Part shown: one piece after another, positions 51,571 to 64,000 of the stretch
How the letters are laid out: each line of letters opens with the position of its first letter
How positions within the stretch are numbered: position 1 is the stretch's first letter
The notes under the pieces: model-generated
Database searches by the model: none
The model's input: only the letters and a program-made list of their open reading frames with translations
What the model was told of the DNA's origin: nothing
Translations under genes and position numbers: made by a program
Assembly: GCA_951406725.2 (NCBI GenBank)
Contig: OX597829.1
Coordinates: 28,582,001 to 28,646,000 of the forward strand
Reading direction: 5' to 3'
DNA: 64,000 bases
Origin: Octopus vulgaris
Lineage: Eukaryota

Positions 51571-52316
51571 TTTAAATATATTGATAGAAATGGTAAGACA
51601 AGAAAAGAACGAAAGAGACCTCGATATTATGTAAATAGAGGAATTTATCTGTAAATATAATATATGACAATTATTTGGTAGCCATAAGTTTTGGATGCCG
51701 AGGTGGAAACCCATGCCGCCATCTCTTCAGTTATCTGGCAATTGGAAAAAATGCTATGAAAATGACCATTAAACAAAGGGAAATTACTGTGTGATTGACC
51801 GTTATTAAGATAAAAGAGCTATTTGAATGACCGCTAGGTGAGGGGAGGGAGTAAAAAAGTTCATAGTATTCGCGTAAGCGCACATGTCTATACCTACACA
51901 TGCGCGCTTGTAGTGCTGAACTCTGTGGAGGGAATGTGTAGAAGTGGTAGATCCAGGAAGATATTGGATGAAGTGGTGAAGTGTGATCTTCAAACGTTAG
52001 TCTCATGGAAGTGATGACAAGTGATTGAGACCTTTGGTGATATGCTGTGCTTGAGGAGACTCATTAAGCCAAGTGAAATCATAGTACTGGCTGATGCCAG
52101 TGCCAGTGGTAAGTTAAAAGCACCGATTACACTCTTGGAGTAGTTGATGTTAGGAAGGGCATTCAGCCATGCCAAATCAAACTGAAACTGTTTGACCCAT
52201 GCCAGTATGGAAAGTAGAAGCTAAATGGTGATGATTATGACACAAGCAATTATGTATATTTACATCTATGCATATGTACCATTATGTGTTAGTCTGTTTG
52301 CCTCCGTATCTCCATA

Positions 52317-52575
52317 ATAATAAATAAATGCGTCCTTTTAAAACCTAGCCAGGCTCATGGGTCCAGTTTCCCGGTTTCTATGGCGTATGTGTTCCCGAGC
52401 TGGACGGGACGTCAGTCCATCGCAGCGTTACTCATTTTTGCCAGCTGAGTGGACTGGAGCAACATGAAATAAAGTGTTTTGCTCAAGAACACAGCGCGTC
52501 GCCCGATCCAGGAATCGAAACCACCATCTTACGCTCATGATGCTGACACCCTAACCACTAAGCCATGCACCTCCA
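52317..52575 (-). mobile_element. tRNA-derived SINE (family C-type tail, different middle) with a 15-bp TSD
   Basis: Head GGAGGTGCATGGCTTAGTGG..GGTTTCGATTCC; CTCCGT(A/G)TCTCCATA at 52302-52316 and 52576-52590. Confidence 0.85.
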
Positions 52576-53312
52576 CTCCGTGTCTCCATACAAACACATA
52601 ATTTCTTAACTGTGAGTACAGGTACAGGATCAATTTTCTTCAACCTTTGCTTTCAAAACCTAATCCTAATCCTGATTTTTTCTGAACTAGGGGTAGATAC
52701 ACACTAAATTAACCCTTTAACATTCAGATTGCTCAGCCAAATGCAATGTTTACTCATTCATACTGCTTTGAATTAATCATGTGTATCTCATAACTTTGGG
52801 ATTTCAATAATATGGTTGTTTACTTTTAAAATAACATTGTAGGGTAGGTGGGAGAGGCTTGATCTGGTTGGTTTCAACATAAAACTCATAGAATATTTGG
52901 GCTGAATACAGCTGGTTTGAATGTTAAAGAATTAAACAAATATTGGCTTCAAATTTCGGCACAAGACCAGCAATTTCAGCGAAGAGAAAGCCAATTACAT
53001 CAACTCCAAGGCTCAACAGATTTATATTTTATCAACCCCGAAAGGGATGAAAGGCAATGTTGCCTTTAGCAAAATTTGAACTCAGAATATTAAAGATGCT
53101 GTACTTGTCCATTAGTATAAATGATAGAAGTTTAATCTATAGTATTAATATACTGACAAGTAATATTCATGGCCACTTCAACATTGCTGCCCATTCAAAT
53201 GGACTCTACTGCGATTTTTTAACCCCAAGAGGACATCCTTTCTACTGGTCAATGATGCAGAGCTACATCCAATAAATTAATATACTGTAATGTGCAAAGT
53301 ATTAACTCTGCT

Positions 53313-53709
53313 AGGAGTGGCTGTGTGGTAAATAGTTTGCTTACGAACCACATGGTTCCGGGTTCAGTCCCACTGCGTGGCACCTTGGGCAAGTGTCTTC
53401 TACTATAGCCTCAGGCCGACCAAAGCCTTGTGAGTGGATTTGGTAGACAGAAACTGAAAGAAGCACGTCGTATATATGTATATATATATGTGTGTGTGTG
53501 TGTATGTTTGTGTGTCTGTGTTTGTCCCCGCAACATCTCTTGACAACCGATGCTGGTGTGTTTAGGTCCCTGTGACTTAGCGGTTCGGCAAAAGACACCG
53601 ATAGAATAAGTACTAGGCTTACAAAGAATAAGTCGTGGGGTTGATTTGCTCGACTAAAGGTGGTGCTGCAGTATGGCCACAGTCAGATGACTGAAACAAG
53701 TAAAAGAGC
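53313..53709 (+). mobile_element. SINE family A
   Basis: Full-length family match. Confidence 0.9.
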
Positions 53710-54629
53710 AAGTCTGGCAGATGTGAGAATTTGTAGTTCCTGCTCTTAAATTAGTGTGGATTATAAGAAATTCCAAACCATCAGTGTCCATAAAGTTAAT
53801 GTACCAGTGTGTGTTTGCATGGCTGAAATCTTAACATAGTTCATGTGTATGAAGCCATGACTATACACCACCATCAACACTGATCCTATGCACTCCACCT
53901 TCTTTACTCTTGACATAAACCCCATCACAGAAATTTCTGTCAACTCACATACTCACTCTTTTTTTGAATGTACAAAAAGAAAAAAAAAAATTCCACTTTC
54001 ACTGACCACCATACACTACTAAATGACCCTAATTGACCTTCAAGTAAGAAATACTTCAACCAAATAATTCTTCCAGTCTGCCACTCCTTGAACTCTTGAA
54101 GTATTTTCTTTTCTTCCTATTTTTAATCATTTTCTCTCATCCCCTTCACATTTCTATTAATAACCAAATTACCATTCTGAGATTCTTACCATAACTATGG
54201 ATCCCTTTCTTTTACTAACACTCTTTCAACAAAATTAAATACAATAATACCTCACTTTATGAGGACCTGCTTTAGGAGACCTCAGTTTCACAAGTTTTAT
54301 TTTATAATAAATATAAAAAGGTTAAACAACCATTTTGTGTGTGTGTGTGTGTGTGGCAACACTGGTTCTGAAGTGTCTACACAGCAACAGAGTACCATGG
54401 GAAATCATTGCTCTGCTTTGTGAGTTTTTGCTTTACAAGTGGTCTCCAGCAACAAACACAAAAAATAAATTGGGATTATCCCTTTTCTGTTAAACTGCAC
54501 TCTTACTGTTTCAATTAATTTTGAAAATAATGAAGATTTTAGTAAAATAACATTGTCATTATGAAGTTGATGTTTAGAACATAAATTATCATGAAATTTC
54601 GATGGAAGATTTTAATTTAGATCACTATA

Positions 54630-54972
54630 TACTGCTGAGACCCCCTTTGGTCATGACTGACCATGAGATTGCACCTAGAAAGTTACCCTCCAAGGCACAT
54701 GTCTGGGCAAGGTTGTTTATGGAAGACCAGCAGTCGCCCATGCATACCAGCCTCCCCTCTCCAAGCCACTGATGTTATCCAAGGGAAAGGCAAAGGCCGA
54801 TACAGCTTGGCACCTGTGATGTTGCAACTCATTTCTACAGCTGAGTGAATTGGAGCAACATGAAATAAAGTGTTTTGCTCAAGAACACAACACGCAGCCC
54901 GATCTGGGATTCGAGCTCACAACCTCACAATTGTAAGCTCGACGCTCTAACCACTGAGCCATGTGCCTTCAC
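54630..54972 (-). mobile_element. tRNA-derived SINE family D nested in a TTAA-MITE relic
   Basis: Minus-strand head GAAGGCACATGGCTCAGTGG..GAGCTCGAATCCC; diverged plus-strand relative at about 55470-55775. Confidence 0.75.
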
Positions 54973-55804
54973 TTATAAAACAAGAAGATTTTGTATGAGA
55001 AACAAGAGCTGTTTTAAGCAGGCTAGTGTCAAAAGGGTTAAAAAAAAAATCTATTTGTACACAAGTTATTTCCCCAATACAATTGCTAACTGCAAAAATT
55101 TACAAGATGCTTCAGCAAAGAATCAGACCTCTCTTAGAACCAATACTCAGACGAAAATAAAAAAGAAAACCAACATAAATTCCAGGTAAATCAATCACTA
55201 CAATATACATACTTTCTTTATGAAGCTTGTTAAGATAACAAGAGACCTTGAGAAAAAAAAAAACTTTTTAAAAACAGACTTCAACATGATTCATCACAAA
55301 AAATTCAACCCTTTAGCATTTGAATAGGCCACATCAGGGCCAAATGTTCTGCCTATTTTGTGTTTAAACTGACCTAGTCATGCCTAATGCATCATCAAAA
55401 TCTCAAAGCTACAAGATAATGTATGATCAACTCAAAACAGTGTGAATAAATAAGCATTATATTTGACAGGAAGGTGCAGTGGTTAGAGCACCAGGCTCAC
55501 AGTCATGAGGTAGTGAGTTTGATTCCTGGACTAGGCTATGTGTTGTGTTCTTCAGCAAGATATTTATTTTACATTGCTTCAGGTCACTCAAGTGTAAAAA
55601 TGAGTTGCAATGTCACTGGTGTCAAGCTATATTGACCTTTGCCTTTCCTTTGAATAACATTGGTTGTATGGAAAGAGAGTAGGCTAGTATGCATATAGGT
55701 AACTGTTGGTCTTCCACAAACAACTGTCTGGACTTATGCCTCAGAGGGTAACTTTCCAGTGGGATGGGCTTTACCCTTAATAATCTCAATGCTAAAGGAT
55801 TAAT

Positions 55805-56600
55805 ACAAATTCTAGAAGTTTATGGTGTCCTTGAAAAAAATCATAAATGTCATCAATATTCTCCTCAAGGAAACAAGGGCCTAAGTACTCTTCGGTGAGA
55901 TGGACAATTTTTTTAATTCTTGCAGGAGTACTACAAGGAGATACTATGGTACCTTAACTTTTTGTGGCTGCATTAGTTTATGCTATGAGAATTACCATGG
56001 TCCAAAACATTCACCTAAAGGAGCGGTTCTCAACCAGGGTCCATATAAGATTTCTGAGGGGTCCACAGAATGAAATAGTAAACTGGGGATCCACAGTAGT
56101 ATTTTAAGGGCCCCTGAAAAAATTTTGCCTTAGATATATGCATTGCTATGTATTGCAAGAAACAGCTAGGTTTCTTTCTCTAATGTTTTATATAGTTCAA
56201 CCAACACAAGTTAAAGTGTGAAAAACAAAATAGGAATTTTGAAGGAAGTTTCTATAAAACTAGTTTTAAACATCAAATGACTACGGAGGTTCACTAGAAT
56301 AGAATAATAATAATCAGAGGGATCCATAGGTAGAAAAAACAGCTGAGAACCCCTGACTTAAAAGTAATAACTGATAGTTTTAGATGATATTATGTTATTA
56401 TATTCAGTTGAAGAATTCCATCTGTTGTTGAAAGTGTAAACTGCAGCTGTTCTGATTGATTTATGTGTGAACACATGCATAGAAAAAAAAAAAAAAAACT
56501 GAGCTCATCACTTCCTTAACCTCCTTAAAAGGATACCTAGGCTGATTGATCAGCCCAAGTGATACAAGCTGAAAGGATTTTGAGGCTGATCCATTGGCCC
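55805..56600 (+). pseudogene. LINE reverse-transcriptase relic split by a hAT MITE
   Basis: ILAGVLQGDTMVP*LF (RT motif B') before the MITE; VITD..LDDIMLL (motif C-like) after it. Confidence 0.7.
56021..56355. mobile_element. hAT/Charlie-like MITE
   Basis: TIRs GAGCGGTTCTCAAC / GCTGAGAACCCCTG; 8-bp TSD-like ACCTAAAG / ACTTAAAA. Confidence 0.7.
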
Positions 56601-57613
56601 AATGAAACAAATGTTGTGAATGGTTGATCTTGATGTGTAATATCAATCAGAGACTGTCTTTCAGTAGATATTTTTTTTTTGTTTTTTTACATAAACATTT
56701 ATGCTTATTATTTTATTTACTAACATGAATTGTGCTGTTTTAGATTTTCTTATTGTGATAGATGTATTGTACTGTTTGTAAGCTTTCATAATATATATAT
56801 ATATAGTTTTGCATATTAATAAAGTAGTTTTAGGCACTTTATCCTTTGCTTTCTACATGCACCCATCAATTTCAATCTCAATAGTAAAAACGTTTTGGTC
56901 TTTTTGGCTACACATACCAAAACACCATGTGTTTTAAAGGGGTTAACCTTTTTAATACCAATGCACATAAAACTGCATACGGCTGTATGATACAAACTTC
57001 CTGTTTAAAAGTCAGAAATTAGTTGAAACAAAAGTTATGTATTTCAACAGAAACATGGCAACTAAACAGTCAAAGTAATTCAAATCAAAACCTTCCATCA
57101 TAATTTCATGTTAATTTATGCTCTAAACACCAACTCAAGTTATTTTTACCCAATTCTTCATTATTTTCAAAATTAATTGAAATAAAGGAAGTGTATTTCA
57201 ACAGAAACAGTTAGTGAAAGATTTAATCAATCATCAGAAGGCATCATTACCTCAGAAGAATATAAGCTGAAAACTATATATATATGATTAATAAATCTAA
57301 GGGTACCGAAAATTTTTTTAGAAAAATTCTTTGCTACCAGTGCTCTAGTGAGAAGGAAAAATTAGTCAATAGACTATATATTATTCATAGAATGGCAATG
57401 CCAATTGTAAAAGAAAATCATTTTATTTTATTTACAAAAGATTGCTGAAACTATGCATAGTCCAGGAAAGATAGGGTAAACGTTTTTATTTCTCATTCCC
57501 TTGCAGAACTACAACTATTAGTGGTCTGGAGTTTAACTGCTCTTTCTAGTGAGTCAGATGTCCTATTATGGTCATCTCTTGTGTTTAAATGTACACTGTA
57601 TTTATGCATACAT

Positions 57614-57845
57614 AAGGTGGCGAGCTGGCAGAAACGTTAGCACACCGGGCGAAATGCTTAGTGGTATTTCGTCTGCGTTACGTTGTGAGTTCAAATTCCG
57701 CCGAGGTCGACTTTGGCTTTCATCCTTTCGGGGTCGATAAATTAAGTACCAGTTACGCACTGGGGTCGATGTAATCGACTTAATACCTATGTCTGTCCTT
57801 GTTTGTCCCCTCTGTGCTTAGCCCCTTGTGGGTAATAAAGAAATA
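57614..57845 (+). mobile_element. SINE family B, near-intact
   Basis: Full family B sequence; TGTATTTAT repeated on both flanks. Confidence 0.9.
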
Positions 57846-57847
57846 TG

Positions 57848-57892
<45 letters not shown>

Positions 57893-58195
57893 AACTCACC
57901 AAAGAATATTAATGCTTATATCACTCAAACTTGGTCAATACCTAACATAAATGGCAATAATCTGAGAATCTGAAATATAAATCTGAAACTAACTTTTTCA
58001 TAGCAATACACACAAATATGTGATTAGTTTGATGAGTGTGTATGTGTGAATTTATAAGTGTGTGTGTATGTCTGAAATGTGTACATGTTGATGTCTATAC
58101 ATATGTTTATGTCAGTATTTATTGATGTATGTGTATTATGCTGGTGTCTATATAAATGCACGTTTGTTGTACATGTATTGTTTTATGCTCCTGCA

Positions 58196-58407
58196 TACTC
58201 TTTACTCTCCTTTACTTGTTTCAGTCATTTGACTGCGGCCATGCTGGAGAACCGCCTTTAGTCGAGCAAATCGACCCTGGGACTTATTCTTTGTAAGCCC
58301 AGTACTTATTCTATCGGTCCCTTTTGCCGAACCGCTAAGTGACGGGGACGTAAACACACCAGCATCGGTTGTCAAGCAATGCTAGGGGGACAAACACAGA
58401 CACACAA

Positions 58408-58444
<37 letters not shown>

Positions 58445-58610
58445 TATGACAGGCTTCTTTCAGTTTCTGTTTACCAAATCCACTTACAAGGCTTTGGTCG
58501 GCCCGAGGCTATAGTAGAAGACACTTGCCCAAGGTGCCACGCAGTGGGACTGAACCTGGAACCATGTGGTTGGTAAGCAAGCTACTTACCACACAGCCAC
58601 TCCTGCGCCT
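58196..58610 (-). mobile_element. SINE family A, near-intact
   Basis: Full-length family match. Confidence 0.9.
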
Positions 58611-59518
58611 AATGTTAAGAAACAATGATGATGATGATGATGTGTCTATGTTAGAAATCAGCATGATCATGATGATCATCAGTATTATAGTATTGCTTAC
58701 TTAGCAAAATTTACTCTCAAGATCCTTGAGAACTAAGAAACTTTCTAGGTACCAGCATCACAAGTGAAATATAGAAATCACAATATAACAACAACAACAG
58801 CAACAACAATGAAACAACAAAAGTAAACCATTAAAGCAGTGCAGGCTATTTACAAATACCAAGCAAAAGAACTTTTAACTGATATCTTAAACAAGAGAAA
58901 AAAAAAATTATGCTGGACATTGTGTAGATATACAAATAGGCAGGATGGTCGGTGGGAATAATGGCTTTAATCATTATACCTGTGGCTAAATAACAACAAT
59001 AACATCAATTTTCTAAAGAGAAATTTTGAAATTTATCTAAATGATATATTTGAAATACTAGCTGTAAGAAAACTGACAGTGAAGTGGTAGTGGTGGTAGT
59101 AGTGATAAGTGGTGTCAGAGGTAGTAGTAAGAGTAGTAGTGCCAGTAGTATTAGTGGCAGTGGTCCTGTTGGTGATAGTAATAATACTAGTGCACACGTT
59201 TGTAGTAGTAGTAGTAGTAGCAGTAGTAGTAACAGTACAATAGTATCAAAGAAGGTACATACACACACACACACTTACACACTGTGAGAAAAAGTTAAAT
59301 CTTCTATGGTGGTTTCTTTTTTGTCCCCCACCCCTTCGTCACAAAGTTATTTATGTCATTCAAACAAATAGATAAATAAATACATGTACAGGTGTAATAA
59401 TTTTATTCCGGCAACCCCTCACCTTAGCTGGACTGAGTTTATTCTTATTTCTTTACAGGTGAGAGAAGAAAGCAAGTAAAATAACACCAACAACATTACT
59501 ATTATTATTATTATTATT

Positions 59519-59575
<57 letters not shown>

Positions 59576-59866
59576 CCTTTCTACTAAAGGCATAAAGCTT
59601 GAAATTTCGGTGCGGTTGGGGTGGATCTAGTCGACTACAACGACCCAGTACTCGGATGGTACTTATTTTATTGACCCAGAAAGAATGAAAGACAAAGTGA
59701 ACTGCAGGAGTATTTGAACTCAAAAAGCAAAGATGGACGAAATGTCACTAAATATTTTGTCTAATGTGCTGACGATTTTGCCAGCATGCTACTTAATAAT
59801 AATAATAATAATAATAATATCAAAAAACAGTGGTTCAATCACCAGAGTTGCTTGATATGGTGATTC

Positions 59867-59911
<45 letters not shown>

Positions 59912-62349
59912 AATAGACAAATTTTAAACAGTTAAACAGAGAGGCAAAGAGATAGATAGACAGACAGATAGACATAGACAGAAAAAAGATAGACACTAAA
60001 GAAAGGTTAAGAGGGATAGAGTGGGTGGTAAGGAGTGAGAGTGAAAAGAACAAGAAAAAAAAATGAGTCACAGAGAAAGAAAGAGAGGTGATGTGAAAGA
60101 AGGCACAGGGCACACACATTCACACAAGTAAATGTGTTTGTACATTGCTCTGTGTGTGTGTGTGTGAGAAGAGAGATGATATAAAAGACATAAAGAGACC
60201 AGTTTAAATTGTAAGCTTGCTTGCACACACACACACACACACACACACAGCCATATAAACACATACATAAGCTATTGTAGTGTTCAGCTTAAAAAAAGAA
60301 GAAAAAAGAAAAGAAAAAAAAGTAGTGTAATCTTAAGACACTTTTTTTTTTTCCTTTTATAAACGATTCTTTTTTTATACTTTATTCAATTCTGCCCACT
60401 CCACTTCATTATTCCAGCTAATTGAGTTCAATGTATGTGTATACCTTTACAAATACTTACACAATACACTTTTATTTATTTATTTATTTATTTATTTACT
60501 GGATATTTTTTTTACCTGTTTTATTGATTCTATTTTATTTTTTTATTTTTACATTTATAGAGCATTTTTTTAAAAATCTTGTCACATTTTTTTGTTATAT
60601 TAGAGATTTTTTTTTCTTTATTCTCTATGTCCCCTTACTGTCATATATATTGCATATGCAAGTATGTAAATATAAATGCACACACACACACACACAATTC
60701 TTTTTTTTTTTTGCTGATTTGGTGTGGCTTTACAAATCAGAAATTTGTAGCATCAGCATAGATATATGTTAAGGTGTAGTTTACTACACATGAGTTACCT
60801 TCTACAATAATATGACACACAAAAAACTACATAAACATGTATGTGTGTGTGTGTGTGTGTCTGTCTGTCTGTCTCTATACATACAGACATAGAAATCATC
60901 AAATCATCTTAACATTCACTTTTTCATGCTTGCATGAGTCAGACAGAATTCGTTGAAGCAGATCTTCTAGGTCAGATGCCCTTCCTGTCACCAAGCAAGG
61001 TAATAAACATTTCCCCATATACAGACATGTTTTTCAAGGAAAACTGGAAATGAATGACATTACTTTGTTTAAAATGTGATGCCTGCCTATAATTATTGTG
61101 CAATACCAAGACAAGGGAGCAGGCAGAATAGTTAGCACACAGGGCAAACTACTAAGCAGCATTAATGGTCTAAGTTCGACTTTGCCTTTCATCCCTTTTG
61201 GGGAGTCAATAAAATAAGTACCAGTTGAGCACTGGGGGTCAATGTAATTGACTTCCCCTCCTCTTCCAGACTTGCTGGCCTCGTACCAAAATTTTAAACC
61301 AATATCAAAACAAGGAGACACATGCATACACATATATGTTTGAGTGATGAAATGTTCTTGGTTTTGTGGTAAAAGAAAATACAGGAGGATCAGTTAATTA
61401 TGATTTTATTCAACATATTCCCTCTCAGATTCACATACTTATTGCAGCTGTCTTTCAGTTTTTCTAAGCCCTGTAAAAGAACTCAGAAGGTCGAGAGCCT
61501 CGAACCAGTCCTTTCACGATACCCTTTACAACAGAAACTTTTCAGCACCCCCTTATACATATATGACAAGAAACAGGGTTGCTTGATCCACTAATGAGTG
61601 TTTCTGCTCCATTGAAGACCTAGTAAAACAATGGTTTGACAGTCATTAAAATAACGAAGGGCTTATCTTTTTCTCTATCTCTTTCCTCTTCTTTCCTTTT
61701 CTACTGAGGGTAGTGGAATATCTCCTCTATAGCTTACTATCTCTATCCCTTTAATATACTTTAACCTCTCAACTAGCACAAAACCACTTCCTTCAGTACC
61801 ACTTCTCCCAGGCAAGGGATCTTTGTCTCGCAAGCTACCTGGCAACTCCACTTGTGTGTTGTAAAAGGCACCAGCACTGTTGCCGCATAAAAACCACCCT
61901 GTTTGGTCTGTAAAGTAGTTGGCTTTAGGAAGGGTATCCAGCCATAGAAACCATGCCAAAGCAGCTGGTGCAATTCTGTGGCTTGCCAGCTGCTATCAAA
62001 CTCTCCAACTCATGCCAATATGGAAAACAAATGTTAAATGATGATGATTATGCTGATGTTCAGTAAGGTCATCTAACCCAGTCTATTTTTATAGGCCCAT
62101 TCTTTTCCTATACACACACACACACACACATCTTCAAAGCCTTGAAACAATATCTTAGAAGAAATGCGGGCAATTCAAACAGTTCTATCTATGAGATTTG
62201 CTAATTAATTTCAAAGTATATCTGAAAATGGGGTGGTTGGGTGGGGAAGAGTTTAAGACAAGAAGCTTGAATGTGATTTTATGGAAAACAAAATTCAGTA
62301 GGAAGTAGTATTCCCAGAAGTGATTATGAGTGATTACCAAAATTGGGCC

Positions 62350-62925
62350 AGGGCCACATAATCTCTGGATGCAGCTGAATGGCAGCAAAGACATGACAGG
62401 AACAGGACAGCGCAGTACATACATTGGTCAATATGCTGCACACATGCACATGCAAACTCCCTCACTAAGAGAACAGGAAGCAACACAAACCACCATAAGT
62501 TGCCCAGAATTATGAAGTTACCATCTTTTGGAATTTCAGTGTTCCGACTGATTGAGAAATAAATAACTGACCAGATATCTGGGGCAGCCCCTGGCTCCCC
62601 AGACCTTGGTCGAACCGTCCAACCCGTGCTGGCGCGGAAAACGGACGTTAAACGATGATGATGATATCACAAACAAACTGTGTTGAAGACTTGGTCTTTT
62701 GAGTGATTTTGCAGCCCCAACTGACTAAAACACATTTCAGAAAACACTTGAGAAAACTGAGCAAATATAAAGACTTGGAGACAGAAATCAGAAGAATGTG
62801 GCATCTCAAAGCAACATTTTATTGGGGCATTTGGAATGATATCAAAAGGAGCAAACAAACATGTAGACGAAATTCCTAGCAGCCCCAAAATAGGTGAATT
62901 GTAAAAGATCATACTTTACATGTTT
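62350..62925 (+). pseudogene. R4/Dong-like non-LTR retrotransposon relic (CCHC + restriction-like endonuclease region)
   Basis: Frameshifted fragments HIISGCS, QRHD..AQYIHWSIC, VTIFWNFSVPTD..PDI, DFAAP, EKLSKYKDLETEIRRMWHLK and IGAFGMISKG. Confidence 0.8.
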
Positions 62926-62944
62926 TACATAAATTCCTCTCCAT

Positions 62945-63171
62945 TTGACCCTTTCGTTACCAACCCAGTTGAAACCGGCTCTGGCTCTGAGTACAAATGT
63001 CTTGTTTTCATATGTGTTGAATTAAGATCTTCCACCAAACCTTAGTCACAATTCATGTTCCCAACACTAGCTGAATGATAACTAAGTTATTTTACTAAAT
63101 TCCTTGTTATATTTAAAGTAATTGTAATAACACAGAGCATCTCAAAATAAATACAGTAATGAAAGGGTTAA
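62945..63171 (+). mobile_element. TTAA-flanked MITE family 2
   Basis: TTGACCCTTTCGTTACC...GTAATGAAAGGGTTAA. Confidence 0.85.
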
Positions 63172-63359
63172 ATGCAAGCTTGCTCATTCAGTGTTACCAT
63201 AAATTTTATAAACAGATTTTTTTTGCACTGACAACAGTTTTTCAATTGCATGGCATCTATAGATGCAAAATCTTGTTGTCCTTTGACATTTTTCCTTGAG
63301 AGACGGGTGTAGTTTGTATAAATTAAAACAAAACCAAAACCAAAAGGAGCATAAGAATA

Positions 63360-63784
63360 ATAATGGTTTCAGTAATTCAGAGGAGAGGATAAAATCACAC
63401 TGACCACAGTGCTTGACTGGTATTTAATTTATTGGCTCTGAAAGGATGAAAGTCAAAGTCAAAGTTGGGAGAATTTGAACTCAGAGCATAAAGACAGAGA
63501 AAATGCCACTAACACTTTCAGATTTTTGGCACAAGGCCAGCAAGTTCAGAGAAAATGGCAAGTTGATTACATCAAACCCAGTGCTCTCAACTGAGTACTT
63601 ATTTTAGTGACTCCGAAAGGATGAAAGGCAAAGTCAACCTTAGCAGAAAAATAACTCAGAACATAAAGACTATGAAATACCACTAAGCATTTCATCTGGC
63701 TTGCTAGTGAATCTGCCAGTTTCCCACCTTGATGATGATGATGATTGATTGATGGTGGTGTTGGTGGTGATGTTGATGATGAAG

Positions 63785-63820
<36 letters not shown>

Positions 63821-63885
63821 TTAAAATCAATAACAATAATCCTTTCTACTGAAGGCACAAGGCCTGAAATTTTGGGGGAGGGGGT
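63360..63885 (-). mobile_element. Second cluster of co-oriented TTA-tailed SINE-B variants
   Basis: Three copies starting at about 63360, 63520 and 63838; single copies also at about 417, 10200, 18170, 52945 and 59575. Confidence 0.7.
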
Positions 63886-63916
<31 letters not shown>

Positions 63917-64000
63917 TAATAATCATCATATGTTGCAAAGATTGGTGCACCAGGAGGAAATAATGACTCATCTAGATACATACAAACACAAACACACACA

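Overview
This is AT-rich, microsatellite- and SINE-dense animal DNA. The repeat landscape resembles a coleoid cephalopod such as Octopus, inferred from repeat style only. One host coding segment is supported: on the minus strand, a splice acceptor at 276-275 opens an exon that runs off the left edge and encodes an N-terminus with a Sprouty-type NEYVD motif. The ORF track missed it. The rest is probably upstream intron or 5' flank, and most listed ORFs are repeat artefacts. It contains several tRNA-derived SINE families, TTAA and hAT MITEs, non-autonomous Helitrons, mariner and DD37D-type transposase relics, and RTE, R4/Dong-like and other LINE relics, often nested with readable TSDs. The most notable signal is at least six distinct short modules in or near microsatellites that carry minimal type I hammerhead-ribozyme folds (Penelope-like). 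Some are arranged as divergent fold-back inverted repeats, one has a compensatory U3-A8 core, and one is fused to a tRNA/Pol III head (a candidate 'ribozyme-SINE'). Coordinates were read by eye; ends of old repeats are approximate.
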